From NCBI GenBank assembly GCA_017441845.1, contig JAFRVB010000004.1:3684-67683 (forward strand): DNA of 64,000 bases, in the 5' to 3' direction. The notes beneath the pieces are model-generated. The model ran no database searches, was not told the origin of the DNA, and saw only the letters and a program-made list of their open reading frames with translations. This document shows positions 46,807 through 56,080 of the stretch, piece by piece; positions within the stretch are counted from its first letter, which is position 1; each line of letters opens with the position of its first letter. Origin of the DNA: Bacilli bacterium. Lineage in GTDB: Bacteria > Bacillota_I > Bacilli_A > RF39 > UBA660. The position numbers and the translations under genes were made by a program.

Positions 46807-48465
46807 ATGATAGAATCAGTAGAAGTAATCATTAATGGTAGAAAGAAAACCTATAATAAAGGAATAGCCTTAGAAGAAATAGCTCAAGATTATCAAGATA
46901 AGTTTAAATATCCAATTATTTTAGCTAGAGTTGAAAATAGATTAAAAGAGCTATCTTTTACTGTGGAAGAACCATGTACTATTGAGTTCTTAGATTTAAC
47001 TTCTAAAGAAGGAAATAATACTCATATCAATGGATTAGTATATGTCATGGTATATGCTGTTAAAAAATTATATGGTAAGAATGCTAATATCATAGTAGAA
47101 CACTCTTTAGATAAAGGTGTTTATATAGAATCAACATTTAAATTAACAGAAGAAAAAGTAAAAGAAATAAAAGATAAAATGAAAGAAATCATCGCAGATA
47201 ATAAACCAATTATTAAGAATAATGTTGATCGTATGGAAGCTATGAAATATTTTGAAAAAGTAGGAGATACTGCTAAAGCAGGAGTAATGAGTTATAGTAC
47301 TAATAATTATGTTACGCTATATCGTTTAGGTAATTTATATAATTATTTCTATAATTTAATGCCCATATCTACAGGATTAGTAAAAGATTTTGATTTAACT
47401 TATATTAAAGGTAATGGATTTATATTAAGATTCCCTACAGTATTTATTCAAGATAAGATTAAGAAGTATGAACACCATGAAAAATTATTTGAAGTATTTA
47501 AAGAATATCGTGATTGGGGTAAAAAATTAAATATATCTACATCAGTAGATTTAAATAGAATAGTTTCACTAGGTAAAACAAGTGATATGATCAAAATAGA
47601 TTCTACAGTACAAGATCATAGAATACTAAGTGTTGCTAGAGAAATAAGTGAAAGAAAAAATGATATAAAAATAGTCCTAATCGCAGGACCATCATCATCA
47701 GGTAAAACTACTACATCAAAGAAACTATGTATGTATCTTCAAATGTTTGGTATAAGACCTAATGTATTAAGTATGGATGATTATTTTAAGGAAAGAGAAG
47801 ATAATCCTAAAAATGAAGATGGTTCATATGATTATGAATGTCTAGAAGCATTAGATTTAAAATTATTTGATAAACAAATAGAAGATCTACTAAAAGGAGA
47901 AGAAGTAGTAGTACCAGATTTTAATTTTACTTTTGGTATAAAAGAATATAATAGAAAAGTAAAATTAGATGATAATGAAATTCTAGTAATAGAAGGAATA
48001 CATGCTTTAGATGATAAAATACTAACTAAGATTCAAAGAAATAAGAAATATAAAATCTATATCTCACCATTAACAGAAGTAAATGTAGATGATCATAATC
48101 GTATTTCAACTGCAGATAACAGATTACTAAGAAGGATAATAAGAGATAACAGAACACGTAGTTATACAGTAGAAGAAACATTAGAAGCATGGCAAAATGT
48201 AAGAAATGGTGAAGAAATATATGTATTCCCATTCCAAGATGATAGTGATGTAATAGTAAATACTGCTTCTGTTTATGAAATAGGAGTATTAAAAACATAT
48301 GTTGAACCATTATTATATTCAGTAGATATTGATTCACCATATTATGAAGAAGCTAAAAGATTATTAGATTTCTTAAAAGTATTTCTTCCAATACCAAGTG
48401 ATGCAATACCAGAAGATGCGATACTTAGAGAATTCATTGGGGGAAGTTATTTCGAATCTAAATAA
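46807..48465 (+). CDS. Uridine-kinase-family nucleoside kinase with an N-terminal TGS/ThrRS-like extension
   Basis: P-loop IAGPSSSGKTTTSKKL in the C-terminal half, followed by LVIEGIH and RLLRRIIRD. The ~280-aa N-terminal domain resembles the TGS plus second-additional-domain arrangement. Confidence 0.65.
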   Translation: MIESVEVIINGRKKTYNKGIALEEIAQDYQDKFKYPIILARVENRLKELSFTVEEPCTIEFLDLTSKEGNNTHINGLVYVMVYAVKKLYGKNANIIVEHSLDKGVYIESTFKLTEEKVKEIKDKMKEIIADNKPIIKNNVDRMEAMKYFEKVGDTAKAGVMSYSTNNYVTLYRLGNLYNYFYNLMPISTGLVKDFDLTYIKGNGFILRFPTVFIQDKIKKYEHHEKLFEVFKEYRDWGKKLNISTSVDLNRIVSLGKTSDMIKIDSTVQDHRILSVAREISERKNDIKIVLIAGPSSSGKTTTSKKLCMYLQMFGIRPNVLSMDDYFKEREDNPKNEDGSYDYECLEALDLKLFDKQIEDLLKGEEVVVPDFNFTFGIKEYNRKVKLDDNEILVIEGIHALDDKILTKIQRNKKYKIYISPLTEVNVDDHNRISTADNRLLRRIIRDNRTRSYTVEETLEAWQNVRNGEEIYVFPFQDDSDVIVNTASVYEIGVLKTYVEPLLYSVDIDSPYYEEAKRLLDFLKVFLPIPSDAIPEDAILREFIGGSYFESK

Positions 48466-48493
48466 TATCCACAACTATTGTGGATATTTTTTT
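48465..48493 (+). terminator. Rho-independent terminator
   Basis: atatccacaa-cta-ttgtggatat hairpin (10-bp stem) followed by T6. Confidence 0.85.
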
Positions 48494-48510
48494 ACATTTA
48501 AAAATGTAAA
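48491..48510. promoter_or_regulatory. Perfect 9-bp inverted repeat upstream of gap (candidate operator)
   Basis: TTTACATTT-aa-AAATGTAAA, about 70 nt upstream of the gap ATG. Confidence 0.3.
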
Positions 48511-48579
48511 AAATACTTTAGTTTATTGATTAGAATTTAATATTTATTTATAATTAATAATGTATAAGGAGGAATAAAA

Positions 48580-49584
48580 ATGGTAAAAGTGGCTATCAAT
48601 GGATTTGGTAGAATCGGAAGATTATGTTTTAGATTAATGGAAGAAGATCCTGATTTTGAAGTTGTTGCTATCAATGATTTAACTGATGCAGAACAACTAG
48701 CTTATCTATTGAAATATGATACTAATCATAGATGTTATAGATTAGATGATATATCATTTAAAGATGATCATATTATTGTAGGAGATAGAGAGATAAAGGT
48801 ATATGCTGAAAAAGAACCAGAAAAACTACCTTGGAAAGATTTAGATGTAGATGTAGTAATGGAATGTACTGGTCATTTCACTGATAAAGATAAAGCTATG
48901 GCTCATATTAATGCTGGAGCTAAAAAAGTAATTATTTCAGCACCTGCTAAAGGAGATTTAAAAACTATAGTTTATAATGTTAATCACAAAACATTAGATG
49001 GAAGTGAACAAATCATTTCAGCAGCATCTTGTACTACTAACTGTTTAGCACCTGTTGTTGCTGTAATTGATAAAGTATTTGGAATTGAAAAAGGATATAT
49101 GACTACAGTTCATGCTTATACTAACGATCAAGCAACACTAGATATTCCACACGCTAAAGGAATTAATGCTCGTCGTGGTAGAGCAGCTGCCGCAAACATT
49201 GTACCAACTTCAACTGGTGCAGCTTCAGCTATTGGTAAAGTTTGTCCTTCTCTAGAAGGTAAGATGAATGGTATAGCTATGCGTGTACCTGTACCAACTG
49301 GTTCAGTTGTAGACTTAGCTTTAGAATTAGGTAGAAAAACAACTGTAGGAGAATTAAATAATGTCTTAAAAACAGCTCAAAATGAAACTCTACAATTCAC
49401 AATGGATCCAGTAGTATCAAGTGATGTTATCGGTAGACGTTGTGGAGCCTTAGTAGATGGACAATTAACTGATGTTTTAGACGTTGATGGAAAACAAATG
49501 GTTAAGGTTGTAGCTTGGTATGATAATGAAATGAGTTATACTGCTCAAATGGTCAGAACAGCTAAATACTTAATGGAAATCTAA
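48580..49584 (+). CDS. gap: Type I glyceraldehyde-3-phosphate dehydrogenase
   Basis: VAINGFGRIGR, catalytic SCTTNCLAP, WYDNEMSY. Confidence 0.95.
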   Translation: MVKVAINGFGRIGRLCFRLMEEDPDFEVVAINDLTDAEQLAYLLKYDTNHRCYRLDDISFKDDHIIVGDREIKVYAEKEPEKLPWKDLDVDVVMECTGHFTDKDKAMAHINAGAKKVIISAPAKGDLKTIVYNVNHKTLDGSEQIISAASCTTNCLAPVVAVIDKVFGIEKGYMTTVHAYTNDQATLDIPHAKGINARRGRAAAANIVPTSTGAASAIGKVCPSLEGKMNGIAMRVPVPTGSVVDLALELGRKTTVGELNNVLKTAQNETLQFTMDPVVSSDVIGRRCGALVDGQLTDVLDVDGKQMVKVVAWYDNEMSYTAQMVRTAKYLMEI

Positions 49585-49603
49585 GAGCCCATGGCTCTTT
49601 TTA
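49584..49603 (+). terminator. Rho-independent terminator (possibly partial) between gap and pgk
   Basis: agagcc-cat-ggctct hairpin followed by TTTTT. Confidence 0.65.
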
Positions 49604-49676
49604 TTTGCATATTTAACAACTTTATGTTAATATAAAACAAAATTTGGGGGAAATATCCCTCAAAATTACGAATTCA

Positions 49677-49685
49677 TGTTATACT
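49677..49685 (+). promoter_or_regulatory. Extended -10 promoter element (TGtTATACT) upstream of pgk
   Basis: tgttatact lies 20 nt upstream of the ATG at 49705, which is preceded by the RBS GAAGGAG. Confidence 0.4.
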
Positions 49686-49704
49686 TAATTAGAAGGAGAA
49701 TAAT

Positions 49705-50877
49705 ATGAAAACATTAAAAGACTTAAATATAGAAAATAAAAAAGTACTACTAAGATGTGACTTCAATGTACCTTTAAAAGACGGAGAAATAACAGATGAT
49801 ACTAGGATTGTGTCATCTCTAAAAACAATTAAATATATAATGGATAAGAACGCTAAGTTAATTATCTTTTCTCATCTAGGAAGAGTTAAGGAAGAAGCTG
49901 ATTTAGAAGCAAATAACTTATTACCAGTAGCTAAAAGATTAGAAGAGTTATTAGGTAAAGAAGTAATCTTTTCTGAGACTACTAGAGGATTAGAAGAGAA
50001 GATAGATAATATGAACTATGGAGATATTTTATTAGTTCAAAATACGAGATATGAAGACTTAGATGGTAAGAAAGAAAGTGGAAATGATCCTGAACTAGGA
50101 GCTTATTGGGCTTCCCTTGGAGATGTTTTCGTAAACGATGCTTTTGGTACTCTACATAGAGCTCATGCATCTAATGTAGGTATAGCTTCTCACATGGAAG
50201 GAAAATCTTGCTTTGGTTTCTTAGTAGAAGAAGAATTAACTGCCCTACAAGTATTAGATAATCCTGAAAGACCATTTATGGTGGTTTTAGGTGGAGCTAA
50301 AGTAGCAGATAAGATTGGATTAATAGATAATCTAGCTAAGAAAGCAGATAAGATCATCATAGGTGGAGGTATGAGCTATACATTCTTAAAAGCTATGGAT
50401 AAAAATATTGGGAAATCTCTATTAGATGAAGAAAGTATAGACTTCTGTAAGGAAGTATTATCTAAATATAATGATAAGATAGTTCTACCAATAGATGCTG
50501 CTGTAACTAATGAATATACAGAAGATGAAGAATATCGTGTTAAAGATATAGATGACCTAACAGATGATGAAATGGGATTAGATATTGGCCCTAAGACAGT
50601 TGAGTTGTTTAATAATACATTGAGTGAAGCTAAAACTGTTATCTGGAATGGACCATTAGGAGTTTATGAATTTGAAAAATATCGAAAAGGTACTGAAGAA
50701 GTGCTTCTTGGTTTAGTAGATAATAACATTAAAACTATTTTAGGTGGAGGAGACGTAGTTGCTGCTGCTTCCGCATGTAATTTAAAAGATAAAGTATATC
50801 ATGCATGTACTGGAGGAGGCGCAACACTAGAATATTTAGAGGGGAAAGTTCTACCAGGAATAGATTGTATTAAATAG
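49705..50877 (+). CDS. pgk: Phosphoglycerate kinase
   Basis: LLRCDFNVP, SHLGRV, FVNDAFGTLHRAHAS, GGAKVADKI, GGGDV. Confidence 0.95.
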   Translation: MKTLKDLNIENKKVLLRCDFNVPLKDGEITDDTRIVSSLKTIKYIMDKNAKLIIFSHLGRVKEEADLEANNLLPVAKRLEELLGKEVIFSETTRGLEEKIDNMNYGDILLVQNTRYEDLDGKKESGNDPELGAYWASLGDVFVNDAFGTLHRAHASNVGIASHMEGKSCFGFLVEEELTALQVLDNPERPFMVVLGGAKVADKIGLIDNLAKKADKIIIGGGMSYTFLKAMDKNIGKSLLDEESIDFCKEVLSKYNDKIVLPIDAAVTNEYTEDEEYRVKDIDDLTDDEMGLDIGPKTVELFNNTLSEAKTVIWNGPLGVYEFEKYRKGTEEVLLGLVDNNIKTILGGGDVVAAASACNLKDKVYHACTGGGATLEYLEGKVLPGIDCIK

Positions 50878-50887
50878 GAGCGTTAAA

Positions 50888-51340
50888 ATGACTAAATCGA
50901 AGATAATTAATATAGCTAATAAAGATAATAAATATCATAAAATTCTATTTAATAAATTAGAAGAAAAAATTGGACCTAATGCGCCCAATTTTCTTAATGA
51001 TTTAGATTCAAAAGATCCAAATATAATAAAAGAAATAATATTTATAACAGATAATGAAGAAATAGAAGATATGTGTTTTATTAAAGGATATAATGATTTA
51101 AAAGATTGTGATATATTATTTGATAAAAATATTCTATTAAAAGAAACATATCTAAGTAATATAGAAGAATATGTTAAAGAGATACTAGATATGAAAACAA
51201 TAAAACTACATATTAAGAATCCTAAAGATATTAATAGATTATCTAAGTATGGATATGAAGATTTAGGAGAAGTAGAAGATGAAATAGTTTTATTAAAAGA
51301 TGTAAGTGAAGAGATTAAAGAAAAGAGGGTGAAAAGATGA
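50888..51340 (+). CDS. Hypothetical protein (150 aa)
   Basis: Coding-like ORF 10 nt after pgk; its end overlaps the start of the next gene by 4 nt. No family recognised. Confidence 0.5.
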   Translation: MTKSKIINIANKDNKYHKILFNKLEEKIGPNAPNFLNDLDSKDPNIIKEIIFITDNEEIEDMCFIKGYNDLKDCDILFDKNILLKETYLSNIEEYVKEILDMKTIKLHIKNPKDINRLSKYGYEDLGEVEDEIVLLKDVSEEIKEKRVKR

Positions 51341-52593
51341 GAATAGGTTTATTTGCTGATACATATCCTCCTCAAATAAATGGAGTTTCCACATCAGTGC
51401 AGATGTTAAAACAAGCTTTAGAGAGAGAAGGACACATAGTCTATGTAATCACATCAAACAATGAATCTGCTTTTAAATATAAGTATGATGAAAAAGAAAG
51501 AGTATTACGTGTACCAGGAATTAAAACAGGTCTATATGATTATAGATTATCTAGAATATACCCAGTACATTTAAGAAAATTTATTAAATCATGGAAACTA
51601 GAAGTAATCCATTCTCATCATGAGTTTAGTATAGGTATTATGGCTAGATTACTTGCTAAAGAATTGAATATTCCTCTAGTACATACACTACATACTATGT
51701 ATGAAGATAATCTAGAGATAATGACTAAAGGTCATTTTGAAAAGACTAGTAAAAAAATCTTAGAGGAATTCACTAATCTATTCTGTGATAAAACATGTAA
51801 TGAGTTAATTGTACCTACTGTTAAAGTATATACATTATTAAAAGATAAATATGGATTCACAAGAAATATTCATGTTATACCTAGTGGTATTGAAATAGAA
51901 AGATTCTATCAAGAAAACTTAGATAAAAAAGTAATAGAACAAATCAAAAAAGAAAATGGTATTAAGAAAAGTGATAGAGTATTAATCTATCTGGGTAGAA
52001 TTGGACCAGAAAAGAGTATTGATTTCTTAATAAAAGCAATGCCTAAGTTAATTAAAAAAGATAAAAATATAAAATTATTAATAGTTGGACCTGGTCCAGA
52101 AGAAGATAATTTAAAGAAATTAGCTAAAGATTTAGATTTAGAAAAAGATGTAATATTCACAGGAGGAGTACATTGGGAAGATGTTCCATACTATTATGCT
52201 TGTGGAGAGATACTAGTAACTGCTTCTACATACGAAACACAAGGATTAACTATGGTAGAAGGTATGGCAACTTCACTTGCCCCTGTATGTATTAATGATC
52301 CAGCTTTAACTAGTTGTGTAACTGATAAAATAGATGGATTAGTATTTAATGATGAAGAAGAATATATAGATGAAATAATGGCTCTAATTAAAGATAAAAA
52401 GTTATTAGAAGAAATTCAAACTAATGCTAGACGTAGAGCTGAAGATTATTCTTCTAAAGCATATGCTTCTAAAGTAATAGAAGTATATAAAGAAGCAATG
52501 GAATCTAAAAAGAAAAAAGATAATAAGAATATAGTTAATAGAATAGTTAATAAGATAAAAGGAGGTAGCAATGATAGTAGCGTTGAACAATAA
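51337..52593 (+). CDS. GT4-family glycosyltransferase (glycolipid / diacylglycerol glucosyltransferase-like)
   Basis: N-terminus MRIGLFADTYPPQINGVSTSV and the EX7E region ETQGLTMVEGMA are typical of GT4 (GT-B fold) glycolipid synthases. Confidence 0.75.
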   Translation: MRIGLFADTYPPQINGVSTSVQMLKQALEREGHIVYVITSNNESAFKYKYDEKERVLRVPGIKTGLYDYRLSRIYPVHLRKFIKSWKLEVIHSHHEFSIGIMARLLAKELNIPLVHTLHTMYEDNLEIMTKGHFEKTSKKILEEFTNLFCDKTCNELIVPTVKVYTLLKDKYGFTRNIHVIPSGIEIERFYQENLDKKVIEQIKKENGIKKSDRVLIYLGRIGPEKSIDFLIKAMPKLIKKDKNIKLLIVGPGPEEDNLKKLAKDLDLEKDVIFTGGVHWEDVPYYYACGEILVTASTYETQGLTMVEGMATSLAPVCINDPALTSCVTDKIDGLVFNDEEEYIDEIMALIKDKKLLEEIQTNARRRAEDYSSKAYASKVIEVYKEAMESKKKKDNKNIVNRIVNKIKGGSNDSSVEQ

Positions 52594-53266
52594 AAGTAAT
52601 TTTACGAAAGAGGAGTTTATTAAGTATTTAGATGAATTAAGTACTATAGAGACTAAACATAAGATTATACTTTGTCCTACAAGTGTTAATATAGCGTTAT
52701 TTGATATAGATAATGTTTCTTTAGGAGCTCAAAATGTTTCTAATAACTTAGCTGGAGCTCATACTGGAGAAGTAAATGCTGATCAATTAGAAAGTTTTAA
52801 AGTAAAATACTGTTTAGTAGGTCACTCTGAAAGAAGAGAAGAACAACATATTACCTCTAAAGATACTAATAAGAAGATTAAACAATTATTAGATAATCAT
52901 ATTACTCCTATTCTATGTGTAGGAGAAACAAAAGAACAAAGAGTTCATAAGAACTATAGAGCTGTTATTAGAGAAGAGTTATTAACTGCTATAAAAGATC
53001 TAGAGGAAGAAGAAATAAAAAGAATAATAATTGCTTATGAACCAATATATTCTATAGGTACAGGTATAGTACCTACTAATGATGAAATAATAGAAGTGTT
53101 AAATATTATTAAGAAGATACTTCCAGATAATAAGATTCTTTATGGAGGAAGTGCTAATGAAGATAATATTGATACTTTAAAAGAAATAAAAGAAATAGAT
53201 GGATTTTTGTTAGGAGGTTTAAGTTTAGAAGTAGAGAAATTAAAGTTATTTTTAGAAAAAATATAA
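52571..53266 (+). CDS. tpiA: Triosephosphate isomerase (short, divergent N-terminus)
   Basis: Catalytic Lys in NNKSN, VGHSERR and AYEPIYSIGTG (catalytic Glu) are present. RBS GGAGGT. The start lies inside the 3' end of the GT4 gene. Confidence 0.85.
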   Translation: MIVALNNKSNFTKEEFIKYLDELSTIETKHKIILCPTSVNIALFDIDNVSLGAQNVSNNLAGAHTGEVNADQLESFKVKYCLVGHSERREEQHITSKDTNKKIKQLLDNHITPILCVGETKEQRVHKNYRAVIREELLTAIKDLEEEEIKRIIIAYEPIYSIGTGIVPTNDEIIEVLNIIKKILPDNKILYGGSANEDNIDTLKEIKEIDGFLLGGLSLEVEKLKLFLEKI

Positions 53267-53292
53267 TCGGATTATAGGGGGTATTCGAGAAT

Positions 53293-53763
53293 ATGGATTT
53301 TAGCGATATAGACGCATACTCGATTAGGGAGTTAACTAACTCCCAAGTAATCGAATTATTAAATAACCTTGATATAAAACCACTACTTGTATTAATTAAA
53401 GAAAACTCATATACATTAGAAGAAGAAATAACGTCTTTATTTAAGAAAATTGGTATTCCAAGTTATTTGAAGGGGTATAATTGCCTTTTAAAAGCAGTAA
53501 TCTTAATGATTGATAATGATTTTGATATATCAATCACTAAGAAATTATATCCAATTATTGCGAAAGACCTACATATGAATATTAACCAAGTTGAGAAGAA
53601 TATTCGGAAGGCTATCGAAGTATCTTGGTCTAATATAGATCCAGATCAAATAGATAAATTATTTGGTTATACCATCAACATAAATAAAGATCATCCAACT
53701 AACTCACATTTCATAATTACTATCGCAAAATATATACTAAAAACTCATAAAAGAATTGACTAA
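53293..53763 (+). CDS. Stand-alone Spo0A C-terminal (DNA-binding) domain protein, lacking a receiver domain
   Basis: IGIPSYLKGYNCLLKAVILMI ... TKKLYPIIAKDLHMNINQVEKNIRKAIEVSWS ... LFGYTININKDHPTNSHFIITIAKYI parallels the Spo0A effector domain (TK.LYP.IAK....T.S.VERAIRHAIEVAWS ... LFGYT....KPTNSEFIA). Confidence 0.8.
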   Translation: MDFSDIDAYSIRELTNSQVIELLNNLDIKPLLVLIKENSYTLEEEITSLFKKIGIPSYLKGYNCLLKAVILMIDNDFDISITKKLYPIIAKDLHMNINQVEKNIRKAIEVSWSNIDPDQIDKLFGYTININKDHPTNSHFIITIAKYILKTHKRID

Positions 53764-53817
53764 ATGAACAAAAAAAAGTATACTTAATTTAGAAAATGTG
53801 TTAGGAGGATACGATTT

Positions 53818-55092
53818 ATGGAACGAAAAATAGATGAATTTTTCCATAAATGGAAGAAAGACCTTATCAGAAAACCACTTATTTTATATGGACCAAAACA
53901 AGTGGGTAAGACTTTTTCTGCGCTAAATTTCGGAGAAAAAGAATATAAAAATATAGCTTATTTTAATACTGATAATAATAAAGAATTATTATCGTTATTT
54001 AAGAAAGAAAGACAAGCAGATAGATTAGTATTAAATCTATCACTTATCTGTGGAGAAACTATTCTAGAAGATGATACTCTATTAATATTTGATAATTTAG
54101 ATGAAGGAATAATTGCTAAAGGATTAAAATCTTTATCTAATCAACAAGTTAATTATCATGTTATAGGTATTACATCTCGTAGAAGTATCCTACAAGAACT
54201 AAAAGGAGAAGAATTCCAATTTAAAGGAATGTATCAATTAGATTTTGAAGAATACTTAATAGCTCATAATGAAAAATCATTAGCTGAGTTAATAAAAGAT
54301 TCATTCGCCAGAAGAAAAACTTGTCCATTTCATAAAGTAGCTATGGATCTATTTCAAAGATATATCATTACTGGTGGAATGCCAGAAGTAGTAAAAGCAG
54401 ATCTAAGAGACGCTACAGATTATGAATTAGATGCTATAAAACAAAAAATAATAGATGTTTATGAAAAAGAAGTAGTATTCAATAAAACATTAATAGATAT
54501 CCCAAGATCTCTAGATGTTATTGAATCTATTCCTAATCAATTAAATAAGAAAAATAAAAAGTTCCAATATGGAACAATCAAAACAGGTAGTAGACAAAAA
54601 GACTATGAAAAATCAATTAAATACCTAGTTGATAATCAATTAGTATATAGATCATTCAAAATAAAAGAAGTTAAATCCCCATTAACTTCATGTAAGATAA
54701 AAGATAGTTTTAAATTATATTTTCCAGATGATGGATTACTATTTACTATGTTACATTTAAATAAGAAAAAAATTATTACTGATGATGATATAAAAGAATT
54801 ATTATATGAAAATCATATAGCTAAAACTTTGACTGAAGGTGGATATTCTCTATATTATTATCAATCTGAAGGTAAAGCTGAAGTTAACTTTGTAGTTCAA
54901 AATAGACAAGGTACAATCATACCTATCGAAATAACTACTAAGAAAGATTCAAAAGCTAAATCATTATCAGTACTAATGTCTAAATATACAGTACCTCAAG
55001 GTATAAGAGTAACTGAGAATAACTTCTCAACTAAAAAGGATATTAGATATATCCCAATATATGCAGTATTCTGCTTAAATGAAAATCAATAA
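53818..55092 (+). CDS. AAA-family ATPase with a DUF4143-type C-terminal domain
   Basis: Walker A LILYGPKQVGKTF, Walker B LLIFDNLDE. Its length and C-terminal beta-rich domain (AEVNFVV...IPIEI) are typical of AAA_14/DUF4143 proteins. Confidence 0.7.
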   Translation: MERKIDEFFHKWKKDLIRKPLILYGPKQVGKTFSALNFGEKEYKNIAYFNTDNNKELLSLFKKERQADRLVLNLSLICGETILEDDTLLIFDNLDEGIIAKGLKSLSNQQVNYHVIGITSRRSILQELKGEEFQFKGMYQLDFEEYLIAHNEKSLAELIKDSFARRKTCPFHKVAMDLFQRYIITGGMPEVVKADLRDATDYELDAIKQKIIDVYEKEVVFNKTLIDIPRSLDVIESIPNQLNKKNKKFQYGTIKTGSRQKDYEKSIKYLVDNQLVYRSFKIKEVKSPLTSCKIKDSFKLYFPDDGLLFTMLHLNKKKIITDDDIKELLYENHIAKTLTEGGYSLYYYQSEGKAEVNFVVQNRQGTIIPIEITTKKDSKAKSLSVLMSKYTVPQGIRVTENNFSTKKDIRYIPIYAVFCLNENQ

Positions 55093-55117
55093 AAAACACT
55101 CACAAGAGTGTTTTTTT
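55091..55117. terminator. Bidirectional rho-independent terminator
   Basis: aacactc-acaa-gagtgtt hairpin flanked by A- and T-runs, between convergent genes. Confidence 0.8.
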
Positions 55118-56072
55118 ATTCATCGCATTTCAATATATAATTATCATAGTCTGGAGTTCTAGCATCTAAAACTAATTTCCCACTAGTATCGCTTACCCAT
55201 GTGCTAAATTTTAAATCGCCAATTTGAATATCAGCTTTTTTTCCTTTGTTTTTAGTAATAAAATCAGTTAGTTTTGCTGAATCCTTACCATTATAATCAA
55301 GCCTATTTAACGCCATAAATGCATTGGTAGGATCAGGTGCTTGTAATTGTGTAATTGTTATATATGCAATTTCATCGGTTTTTTGATAAGCACCAACTTC
55401 TATTTGATAATTAGTATCATAAGAAGAATATTCTATAGTATTACAGAATAAAGCAGATGGATTTTTTTCTCTTAAACCTGTAACACCACATAATGTTTTA
55501 TAAAAATCTTTTGCTTTAGTATTTTTAAGGTAAATAACTTTTGCCTTAGTCTTTTGTTTTTCGGTTTTTTGTTCAACTTGAGCAGAAGGAGTAGGAGTTG
55601 ACTTTGTTGTTGTAGATTCTTCAGTATCAGGAAGTAAACTTCCCCATACACAAATCAAAATAATTGGAAGTACTATTCTTAGAGCAAAAATTGTTTTATC
55701 ACCTAAATTAGTTTTGTCCGATAGTAACGTATATATACATTTAAAACAAGATAAACCTGCAATTATACCTACAATAGATACAAGGATTCCATCTGCAAAA
55801 TCTAAACTTGCTAATATTATTAAACCTCCAAAAATATATAAGGCAACAACACCAATTTTCTTAAATGTTTGCCCAGCACCATTATCAACCTGACTTAAAT
55901 TTACATCAGATTTTTTGTTTTCTATAGGTTTTTCATTTTTGATAGATTCTACAACCTTTTCATCCTTTTCAACTTTTTCAACTTTTTTTGAAGGATCATA
56001 TGGTTTTCCACATTTAGGACAAAAAGTATATTCATCTTTAAATTCATTCTTACATTTTCTACATGTTTTCAT
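55116..56072 (-). CDS. Zinc-ribbon membrane protein with an extracytoplasmic C-terminal domain, hypothetical
   Basis: N-terminus CRKCKN...FCPKCG (zinc ribbon), three TM helices, a Thr/Ser/Pro-rich linker and a ~150-aa C-terminal domain. Confidence 0.6.
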   Translation of the reverse strand: MKTCRKCKNEFKDEYTFCPKCGKPYDPSKKVEKVEKDEKVVESIKNEKPIENKKSDVNLSQVDNGAGQTFKKIGVVALYIFGGLIILASLDFADGILVSIVGIIAGLSCFKCIYTLLSDKTNLGDKTIFALRIVLPIILICVWGSLLPDTEESTTTKSTPTPSAQVEQKTEKQKTKAKVIYLKNTKAKDFYKTLCGVTGLREKNPSALFCNTIEYSSYDTNYQIEVGAYQKTDEIAYITITQLQAPDPTNAFMALNRLDYNGKDSAKLTDFITKNKGKKADIQIGDLKFSTWVSDTSGKLVLDARTPDYDNYILKCDE

Positions 56073-56080
56073 AAAACCTC

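Noticed and set aside
49630-49665. Imperfect hairpin ttggggga-aata-tccctcaa upstream of pgk, considered as a riboswitch or attenuator.
   Set aside because: It is too short and isolated to be a known riboswitch class and has one mismatch. It is most simply part of the gap-pgk intergenic terminator/promoter region.
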